A DNA stretch of 64,000 nucleotides from Phoronis australis. Lineage: Eukaryota > Animalia > Phoronida. Of the stretch, positions 48,415 through 57,665 are shown one piece after another. Under the pieces are notes generated by a model. The model saw only the letters and a list, made by a program, of their open reading frames with translations, was not told where the DNA came from and made no database searches. The stretch lies in NCBI GenBank assembly GCA_002633005.1, contig NMRA01000688.1, positions 4,977-68,976 on the forward strand, read 5' to 3'. The number at the start of each line of letters is the position of its first letter. The first letter of the stretch is position 1. A program made the translations under genes and the position numbers.

Positions 48415-48600
48415 AGGTAGTTTTAAGCTTCAGTCTGGTGTTTACTCAGCTAGGAGTGGTGTATGACAGTCAACTACTGTAGCCTGCTTGTTATCTAGCA
48501 GGGCTATAGTTTTAGGCTTCAGTCAGGTCTTTACTCAGCTAGGAGTGGTGTATGACAGTCAACTACTGTTACCTGCTTGTGATTTAGCAGAGCTAGCTTT
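48415..48600 (-). repeat. 89-bp tandem repeat of the TLR-B C-terminus plus stop (2 copies)
   Basis: ttactcagctaggagtggtgtatgacagtcaactactg at 48442 and 48531. Confidence 0.9.
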
Positions 48601-51257
48601 AGTTTCTTCCAGAACCGCTGTCTATCACACACACCATCGTCATCTCGAGTCGGCCATTCTATATACGTCACATGTCTCATGAAACATTTCAGCTTGGACT
48701 TGAGTTCCTTCTTTGGGATTTTCTCTAACATCACCATGACGATGAACTGTCGCTTGACCTCCAGGAGCCTCATCAGTGCCATTTCCAACTCAAACTCTCC
48801 CCACTCGCTGTTCATGAATTTCCTTGTCATGACAAATATGATGCTGCGACTGTGATTCATGCTGTTTATTATATTCTCACGAATCCACTCTCCTGCCCTG
48901 AAGTCTCGATGATGAATACAGAGTTTGAATTGACAGTCATTTCCCTCTTCTAACTCTGGCATCATGTTATCTTTCACCCATTTGACATCGTCAATATTGT
49001 AGCACACCATTGCATCATACTCATAAGTTTCTCTGACAGGACACTTTCTGAATTTGTACTTGAAGTAGTACCAGTATTTTATGTCCAACCTGTAGTGTGC
49101 CAGCACAAGTACAGGGGTAATTAAAAGTACAAGACCAGCACTGGACAGTACAATTATAACATAGATATGTCCATCACATTCTATCCAAGGGAGAACAAAA
49201 CGATCAATGTTCGTTTCTTTCAGTGTTGCTGGATAACTGCAGTTATCAAGAAGTTTTTCTTTCAAATCATTACTTTTGTTGTTGAGCCAATCTCTGAACT
49301 CCCTTAGTTTGCAGTTGCAGTCAAATTTGTTGTTTTGTAAAGAAATGAGTTTCAAATGTTCTAAACCTTTACAATTGCTTTCGTCAAAGGTGTGTATGAG
49401 ATTGTTGTGCAAGAGTAGTTGTTTTAATAAAGTTAGTCTTGAAAATACATATTTTCCTATAGTTTGCAAGCTGTTATAGGATAAATCTAAGTACTCAAGT
49501 TTTGAGAAGTTCAAAAATGTTTGTTGGTCCAGACTTTCTATTCTATTATTTGATAAGGTCAGTAATTTCAGGTTGGGCATCTGCATTTTGTTCAATGGCT
49601 CTTTATCGAGTGACAGTCCGTAGTTATTGCCAGCTTTCAAAATGGATAGAGCAGGAAAATTCACCTTTTTCGTCATCCTTACAAGTATTTTGACACATGG
49701 CTTGCAATTGTGCATCTCGAGTATTCGCAGTCTCCATGAATAGAAGAATTCGAAACAAAACCTGTTGTCTGACGAAGGGATTTGACATGATAAATTGTTG
49801 GCTTTCAAGATTTCTAACTTCCTCAGTCGTAACGAAAAAGAAGTCATCAATGTGGTATCTGAAACATCAATGTGCTTAAGATTTTTTAAATAATGAAGAT
49901 CATAGACATTGTCTGTTTCGTACCATTTTCCCAGTTTGTTCAACAATAGTGTTGACACTGACTGCAGCCTCTTAATGTTTTCCAAAATGTTGTACAGAGA
50001 TGTGGAGCTATGGAGACTGTTTCCTGTTAGAACTAATGTTTCAAGTTTATCTAAAGCGTCGAAAGAATTTTTGTCAACTTTGCCAATGTGCGAATAAGTT
50101 ATTTCAAGGAATTTCAAGTTCGTTAAACTATTTAAGCCATTTTTAGGTAGTTCCGTAATTTTTCCTTTTTCAACTCTAAACTTTTGTAATGATGTGGAAT
50201 TAAGAAAAGAAAAATCTTTGGCAGTTAAACTGACATCTGTTCCAAGTAAGACAAGCTGATATATAGAGATCTTTGATATGCAATCAAATAATGTTTGAAA
50301 GAATTGTGCTTCATATTGCATATGCTTTATCTCTCGTGCAATAACAAGTTGTCGTATAGTTGTGTTTCGTTTTGCTAAATGTTCAAAGGCATCCTTCTTT
50401 ACTTGATGCACATAGTTTTCTGAAAGGTCAAGAGAAAGTTCAGTCATTACATAACTGCTGAAGTCATCTTTCTCTAGGTATAGGATTAAGTTATTGCTCA
50501 GATCAATGGACAGGTTAGTCGTTTGAAAGCAACCTGGCCAATTTCTCAAATGTCTGATTGCATTGTTTGACAAGTTTAGCAAATTTAAGTTTGGAAGTGA
50601 TGACAAACATGGTATTGATGTCCAATGATTAGAGCTGTATTCTAAACTGTGTAGATTGGGCAATGTTTTGTTATTATTCAGTGTTATAGAACCGCCTAAT
50701 CTATATCCGCTTAAAGTTAAATGTTCGAGATCTGGCAAAAGAAGTAAGATATCTTCAATGTGGATTTCCTGAAGTGCTCTTAACTCTGGGGCAACTTCTT
50801 TATTGTGTGGGTAAATGTACAACTTTTTCAAGTGTGGGATGGGTTTGAATGCTGGCGTATGAATTGTGACCAATATGTACAAGGCTTGTGAAGGTACGAA
50901 ATCCAGGGTCAGCTCTCTTAGACTGAACAGACCATTGAATACTGAGCCATTGATATCGACATGAACGTCACATAACTTCAAAGTGAGCACTTGCAACTGT
51001 GAGAACCTTCGAAGAGTGTTTTCTTCAAGTTCCTGAACCTTGCATCGATTTGTCATTGTGAGTGAAGTGACATCACTAGGCACTGTCATTGTCATGATCT
51101 CATAGGAGGAATACGTTTGATGGTATGTCCTGCCAGAGTGGTCTTGGAAGTCGACAGTACATTGCACAGGGCATGTGGTTTTGGACTTCCATCTGGTGGC
51201 ATGTACAGTTCCGCACACCATTAGAGCTATCAGCAGTTGTGTTAGTGTAAAAGCCAT
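48531..51257 (-). CDS. Toll-like receptor (TLR-B), intronless CDS, 908 aa
   Basis: The ORF track starts at a TTG (51338) upstream of a minus-strand acceptor (ttgcag, AG at 51325-51324). The first ATG in the exon gives the signal peptide MAFTLTQLLIALMVCGTVHA, followed by LRRs, LRRCT, TM and TIR (YDAMVCY, CIHHRDFRAG, FWKKLKLAL). Confidence 0.95.
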   Translation of the reverse strand: MAFTLTQLLIALMVCGTVHATRWKSKTTCPVQCTVDFQDHSGRTYHQTYSSYEIMTMTVPSDVTSLTMTNRCKVQELEENTLRRFSQLQVLTLKLCDVHVDINGSVFNGLFSLRELTLDFVPSQALYILVTIHTPAFKPIPHLKKLYIYPHNKEVAPELRALQEIHIEDILLLLPDLEHLTLSGYRLGGSITLNNNKTLPNLHSLEYSSNHWTSIPCLSSLPNLNLLNLSNNAIRHLRNWPGCFQTTNLSIDLSNNLILYLEKDDFSSYVMTELSLDLSENYVHQVKKDAFEHLAKRNTTIRQLVIAREIKHMQYEAQFFQTLFDCISKISIYQLVLLGTDVSLTAKDFSFLNSTSLQKFRVEKGKITELPKNGLNSLTNLKFLEITYSHIGKVDKNSFDALDKLETLVLTGNSLHSSTSLYNILENIKRLQSVSTLLLNKLGKWYETDNVYDLHYLKNLKHIDVSDTTLMTSFSLRLRKLEILKANNLSCQIPSSDNRFCFEFFYSWRLRILEMHNCKPCVKILVRMTKKVNFPALSILKAGNNYGLSLDKEPLNKMQMPNLKLLTLSNNRIESLDQQTFLNFSKLEYLDLSYNSLQTIGKYVFSRLTLLKQLLLHNNLIHTFDESNCKGLEHLKLISLQNNKFDCNCKLREFRDWLNNKSNDLKEKLLDNCSYPATLKETNIDRFVLPWIECDGHIYVIIVLSSAGLVLLITPVLVLAHYRLDIKYWYYFKYKFRKCPVRETYEYDAMVCYNIDDVKWVKDNMMPELEEGNDCQFKLCIHHRDFRAGEWIRENIINSMNHSRSIIFVMTRKFMNSEWGEFELEMALMRLLEVKRQFIVMVMLEKIPKKELKSKLKCFMRHVTYIEWPTRDDDGVCDRQRFWKKLKLALLNHKQVTVVDCHTPLLAE

Positions 51258-51424
51258 GATTGATTTGGATATAAACAAACTGGTTTGTATTCTGGATTCC
51301 AGTCTTCTGCCTGTTGACAGGCCCTGCAACAAATTCAAAGAATTTATTTTTGTTTTTAGAGAGCTACATTGCTGAATGGGAGCACTGATTCATCATATGG
51401 TGTAGTTTGTTTTAATATGTGGCA

Positions 51425-53045
51425 TGCCCTCCATTCAAACCATTTACATAGGTGAGAAATAACATGACCACTGGACCCAAAACATGACCGTCAGTCCTCC
51501 AAATTGGACCGATTCATCACAAAGAACCTACGGGGATTAAATGGGATCACCACACCAGAAAATGGGACCAACGCACCTCATGACCGCCCCACCAGAAAGC
51601 AGTACTGTTGGAGACTGAACATGACAGCTGGACAAAATGTAGTTATCAATTCCTGAGTGTGTTACTGCGGGTTATGACGTAACCTACCAGCTAGCTATAT
51701 GAAGACTTATCGTCAAAATACAGCTTGGTAGCACTGTGTGTTAAGCTCCATTAGACCTCAAAATTTCAGCCGGGGTAGTTCTGCTCATCACCTTGTTGTG
51801 AAATTTATGTCTACATGTAGAGCTAATGACTGATGTTGGTGCATGCAAAATCTGGGAGTCAAACCGACACCTTGCCCTTTGCAGCCATTTGAAAAAAAAA
51901 ACAATCTAATGAACGTCATTTTCTTGTATGACTCTTGTCTTTTGTAACAAAGAAAAGTATGTCACGCTCGTGACACGCACACATGCATTTCCTAAAATTT
52001 TGCAGCATCTTTTGGAAGGTGATGACAGATGCAAAATTTATTCTGAAATTCGATTTGTTGATATTAAAATATTAAAAACTTTTAACAATTTAATAATAAT
52101 TTGTTGTGACATGTACTCAAGCTCGTGGAAGGGAAGAACAGCTGATAGAATAATCGGGGAATAAAGGATTTGGCCAATGAGAGCCAACCCAAAAGAACGC
52201 ATCACAACTTTAGCAGCTAGCAGAATATGGGCAGAAGACCAATTTTTCCTGAACGCTGATAAATAATTTAGGTTACTCAAGGGAGAGTGTCATTTAATAA
52301 CACTAAATTTGTTTAGATTGTACTTGGTCAGTTTTTTACCCACATCAGCTCAAAGCTGTATGAGTGTATACAGCTTTGCAGTACCAAGGCTAGTTTATGA
52401 TGATACTTTACCTGAGAACCAGAACACGTTTTTTGGCTTGACAAAAACATCAAATTGGAGAAAATGAGTTTCGTTGGTTTTAAAACTGATACAGTGGATA
52501 AAATTATAATTATTTAACTCAAAAGTTTGCAATGTGGTTGGTTTTCGGTTAGATTTATTAATTTTGATGTTGACTTTCTTTCAATTGTTTATCTGATGAG
52601 TCAAACACCGCAGCAGGTGATGTAAAGCTCGAAAGCGCTGCCGTTTACTGAGCAAATTATCCTGTAGCGCACAAAAGTTTTCAGTGCATTTATCAGCATA
52701 ACACCTGCATACATACATAACCCATTGTATGATCTGTGTAGGCCTACAGTGTCAATTGACCCGTCATATAACTTAGCTAGTTGTCATTGTGGTCCTAAAG
52801 TTTCAATCCTCAATGATCATGTTCAGTCTCTGGCGGTTCTGTTTTGTAGTTGGGCGGTCGTGTTTTTAGGTGCCTCGTTCCCATTTTCTGGTGCGGCGGT
52901 CCCAATTGAACTCCGTAGGTCCCGTTTTGTGAAGAGTCAATCCAATTTGGAGCACCGGCAGTCATGTTTTTGGGTCCAACGGTTATGTTGTTTCTCACCC
53001 GTGATTTCTCTTCGTCAAAAATTAACATGGGCTGTATGGAAGCAG
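51425..53045. mobile_element. Old MITE-like element with ~200-250-bp diverged terminal inverted repeats, upstream of the TLR-B coding exon
   Basis: 51450-51650 is the reverse complement of about 52810-53000 (GGTGAGAAA...TGGACCCAAAA...CCAGAAAATGGGA...GAGACTGAACATGA); the interior is homologous to 540-1270. Confidence 0.65.
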
Positions 53046-55798
53046 GAGAATGTCATTAAACATTCGAGAATAACATAAACTTGCCTGAAGTGATCACTAG
53101 AAATTTGGTGAAGTTGCAATTATCGCTTTTGTGCACTTTTTGCCACCTACATTCTACATTGTAATATTCAAATTTACTTCTAGTTGCTAGCAGTACGAAA
53201 GATAAATGTTGGAAGCTGTTCCTTGTCCTAACCAAATAAGCGTTACTTTCCTCATTGAATTGGTTGCACTTACCGATAACTGTAACTGAAATTTTCAAAC
53301 CTCTAACCTGTAGTCTGACCTAGTGGTGACTGACTTGTATGGTTATGAAACTAGCATTAATAGAGGATGTGGAACTGAGAGTGAAACACTTAGTTTCAAT
53401 CTGCAGTGTGTTTGTGTGTGTGCGTGCGTGCGTGTGTGTGAGCAGAAGGCTAACTTTAACATTTACAAAGTTGTCAATAATGGGAGGGATGCTCTGCCAT
53501 TTTTGAGGGGTTGTGCCTCTGGGAGATTACAACAGTTGCACAGTAAGCTGTTCAAGGTGTCTGGGCATGAAGCTGCTTCAGCCTTTTAGAGTTTGTATAA
53601 TAATAAAAGGAGAGGTCATGCAGCTATGAAAGGGCGCTCCTTTCACAAAGCCTTGTTGTCATATGTCCCACATGTGCCTCAATGATTTCACGTTTGACTT
53701 CATTAAAAAATTCATCAAAAGGGTTTCAATGCCATGTTGCATGAAGCAGTCCCAAATATGAACTCAACTAAGTTTCCTAAATCTATTGCGTATGTGTATC
53801 TTGTCGCTGGGAGATTAAAATATTCAGTTATCTGTTTTTTTTTTTCACAAAGGCTTGTTCTCACAACATAACCTTTTTGGCACGAAAGTTCACCTGAACA
53901 GAAGAACAATTTATGGAATTAAAATTCAACAAAGAATGATCTTGATGAAGGCCGTTTTAAGGCTCTAAGCAATCCCAACCTTGGAAATAGTGATTTTGGT
54001 TTATGTTTTGGTTAGGATCAGTCAATTTTTGATGAGTGGCGCAGCATTCCTAATTGCATGTCATAAAACCACAGCTAAGCCAATTTATTTCAGATTGAAG
54101 TTAGTGATTTTGGTTTGACCTAATTGGTGACGTAGGACTTAAGCCCAATAAATCTGAATATGAAACTCCTCTGTAGATTTTTTGCCAAGTGAACCCTGTT
54201 TCTGAAATGATGTCTCCATATGCCTAAGCCCTCTTTACAATGTACTGTTTTCAAAAGCTCTACCTAGTGGTAGTCTCTACTGTTGTAATTTTCATTTTCT
54301 ATTGGATGGCTTGTAAGAAACTGACTGATATGTACATAACATCCTGATGAAGTTATTGACCCACCCTTTTGTAGGGTTTGTTTAAATGAAAGAAAACTTT
54401 TCAGAGAGAATTGATTTTGAGAAGTTGCCCTTTGGTGGAAAGGTGACCCAGCCATCAGAGTGGCATGTCTGAGGACCCTCAATGCCTTGATTTTGTAACC
54501 AAATACCAGCTTTGTTTCCCTCAGAAATAACAATTAGAAATCGCACAAAATTCTTCTCGTCAAGATCAAATAATTTCCATGAGTGATCAAATGGAGTTGT
54601 CCTTGGCTAGAATCACTCTGTCACCTCGTGCAGACACAGGGGCCATGGGGTTCCCATCAATCAAAAAATGATGAAAGATCCTCTTGGTTACTCAGTTAAT
54701 TTCACATACTCATCAACTTAAAAGTGTGTGCGGTAAAATCTCACCCATTTCAGACAAAATGGTCTTATTCATTTTTCAAATGCTTAATCTAATGTTGTTT
54801 TGAATGTCCACAGTTGCTGGAAACATTGTCTGGAGGTATCTATGGCATAGACATTTATTATGGTATAGCATCTATTTGGTGCTACCTATCTTTTATTCAA
54901 AAATGAAAACATAAAATTTCACTTGTCCGCCATACTGTGTCCTAAATTGGTGAGATTTAACAGTATGTAATATTCAATTTATTTGGCAAGCCTAGATTAT
55001 AACTTTAAAGGGCCTTTCATACTAACGTTGATGCGTCGATGTTCTGGGGAGTTGCAGTCAGTATGAACACTTAACTTTGGTCCTGGATCGAAGTTAACAC
55101 CACTAGTTAACTTCGCACTGAGCAGGTGGACTTAAGAGCGGAGTGTCGATGCTGCAGTACAGTATGAATGGTCAACTTCGGTCCTATCGAAATTATCGCC
55201 GCTGCTTAGTATCGTCAAAAATTACAGCTGGGTTAAGTGCCGTCGCTAATAGTTGCTTATATTTTGCTATAATAATCACCAGTCGATTTAAAAATAAGTT
55301 TTATGTAAATTAGTACATGTTGATGTTCCCACTGAAAAAAACTAGCATGCAGCGCTACCTTGCGATAACTTCGATGACGACTGCGTCACCTACCATTTAC
55401 TTCGATGTTCATTAACTACCGAATACTGTATGAACAGTCCAGTTAACTTCGCAGTATACGTCAACGCTCCCCTCAGACAGGAGTTAAGTCAATATGAAAT
55501 TGCCTTAAGGAAAATTTATTTGATTTATTTTGTGCTAAATTAGTGGAGAATTACCGTAAGCCCATTAGTCATTTCTTTCTTTGGTCTTAGAAAGTTGGAA
55601 GTTGATAGGACTATGATAGCAAGGAATCTATGCCCTGATGTGTTTAGATGTTAGAGCCTTAGGGCCATAACAGGGCTTTCAGCACAGGTGCTATTTACAT
55701 ATACCTTTCCTTTAGGTCAGGTATAAAGCACTGCAATAGTCCCAATTCATCTCATTTAATTGTAAAGTCAAGAGTTATAATTTTATAGTATTCATGTA

Positions 55799-57068
55799 TT
55801 TATTATGCGTCCACATATTTTCATGTGGGTGCATATTGCCGTCATCTCTGTCGGGAGTCCATGGCTTATCTCGTAAACCCCTTGGAGGATCTTATTGAAA
55901 TTTTGCAGGTGTGTTCCTGTGTGGCTGACGACAGATGACGAGTTTCAGACAGACCCAAATACCTCTGTGCCCCTAGTGGCAATTTTAGCTTTTTACCTCA
56001 GTATCTTCGGAGTTCCTGCACGGTTTGTCATTAAATTCGGCAAATAGGTTTTTAATGCGCAGTCGATGATTTCCATTTTCAGACGGATCTAACAAATTTT
56101 GTGCCACCTTGTGGACATTTCCGTTATTTATGCGTCCTTTTTCTGGCATCCGCCTCTCTATCTGCCATTCAACTCTAAGGATCATTATAAAACTTTTCAC
56201 CTGTGTTGCTGATGAAAAGGCCTCAATTGACGTTGACTTTTAGACAGGTCTGACTAGTGTCCTCCCCTAGTGGCAACTTTGTTTTTTTGCGTCTATGGCT
56301 AAATCTCCGTAACCCTTTGAAGAAGCATTGTGAAATTTGAAAGATGTATTCGTATGGAGCCGTCGACAAATGGTAACGTGTGTCTGATTTAAATACAACT
56401 GTGCCCCCTGGTGGAAAAATGTTTTTTACATTTGGCTTTGTGTTTTCAGAGTTCAGTAATGTATTTTCATGAAATGCGGCAAATGGGTTTCTATTAGGGA
56501 GACGACGCCTTCTCATTATTGGACAGTTTGATGTTCTCTGCGCCACCTGTTGGCTGTAATGTTTGCATATGCTTTTGGCGTCTGCCTCTGTATCTGCCAA
56601 TCCACTCAAATGGTGATTATGGAAATTGATGGCTGTGTTCCTGATGTGAAGACCCTGGCCAATGTTGATTTATGGATGTTTTTGACTATTCAGGTGTCCA
56701 TTGGAGGAAATTTTGCTTTTTTGCATCTATGGCTGTAACTGCCTAACCCTTTGAAGGATCTTTGCAAAATTTGGCAGACGGGCTTCCGTAGAGATGGCAT
56801 CAGATGACTATGAGTCTCAGCCCAATATAGCTGTGGCTCCTGGTGTCAATTGTTTGTTAAGCTTACCTCTATATCGTAGGAGAGTTCCTTGGCTCATTTT
56901 CAAGAAATTTGGCAGATAGTTGTGTGTAACAGAGACAGCACCACCTTCTCAATGCAGACGATTTGGTGCATTCTGCGCCATCTAGTGGCCATTGTTATAC
57001 ATTTATAGATTGAAGCATATCATTTGTGGTGACTTCACAGGCGCAATTCAACGCACAACGTTGTCTTT
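55799..57068 (+). mobile_element. Older, diverged HINE-like copy between TLR-B and TLR-C
   Basis: 5' ATGCGTCCACAT...ATGTGGGTGCAT hairpin; diverged subunits that retain CCTAGTGGC; 3' GGCGCAATTCAACGCACAACGTTG. Confidence 0.65.
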
Positions 57069-57329
57069 ATTTATGCAATAGCGTTTATTTCAATAAATTT
57101 TACAACAATAAATATTTCTATCACACAAGCATATTTGTGAAACGATACATCACCTGGAAAATTTTCTTTTTATTTGGCGTTGGTCATTCCAAACCCTGAA
57201 AATAAAATCTTGCTACATAAACACAAGCACTGTTTAAGGAATCATTCTTTAATGCACCATTTTTCGAAAGCGTTCATTAATATTCATGTGGAATATAGAA
57301 GCGAGGCTAAGCAAGGTAGTGATTGTCTA

Positions 57330-57665
57330 GTCTCAGGCGATCATCTTTTGCATAGTCAACCACCAGTAGACTGCTTGTATCTAGCAGAGTTATAGTTTTA
57401 AGCTTCAGTCTGGTGTTCACTCTGCAAGAAGTGGTGTATGACAGTCAACCACTGTAGCCTGCTTGTTATCTAGCAGAGCTATAGTTTTAGGCTTCAGTCA
57501 GGTCTTTACTCAGCTAGGAGTGGTGTATGACAGTCAAGTACTGTTGCCTGCTTGTTATCTAGCAGATCTATAGTTTTAGGCTCCAGTCAGGTCTTTACTC
57601 AGCTAGGAGTGGTGTATGACAGTCAACTACTGTAGCCTGCTTGTGATCTAGCAGGGCTAGTTTTA
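57330..57665 (-). repeat. 89-bp tandem repeat of the TLR-C C-terminus plus stop (3 copies plus a degenerate partial)
   Basis: Stop-containing unit at 57595, 57506 and 57417 (TGA variant), with a decayed partial copy at ~57350-57415. Confidence 0.9.

Noticed and set aside
51258-51338. 27-aa N-terminal extension of TLR-B in the ORF track
   Set aside because: Starts at a TTG upstream of a splice acceptor; the real signal peptide begins at ATG 51257.
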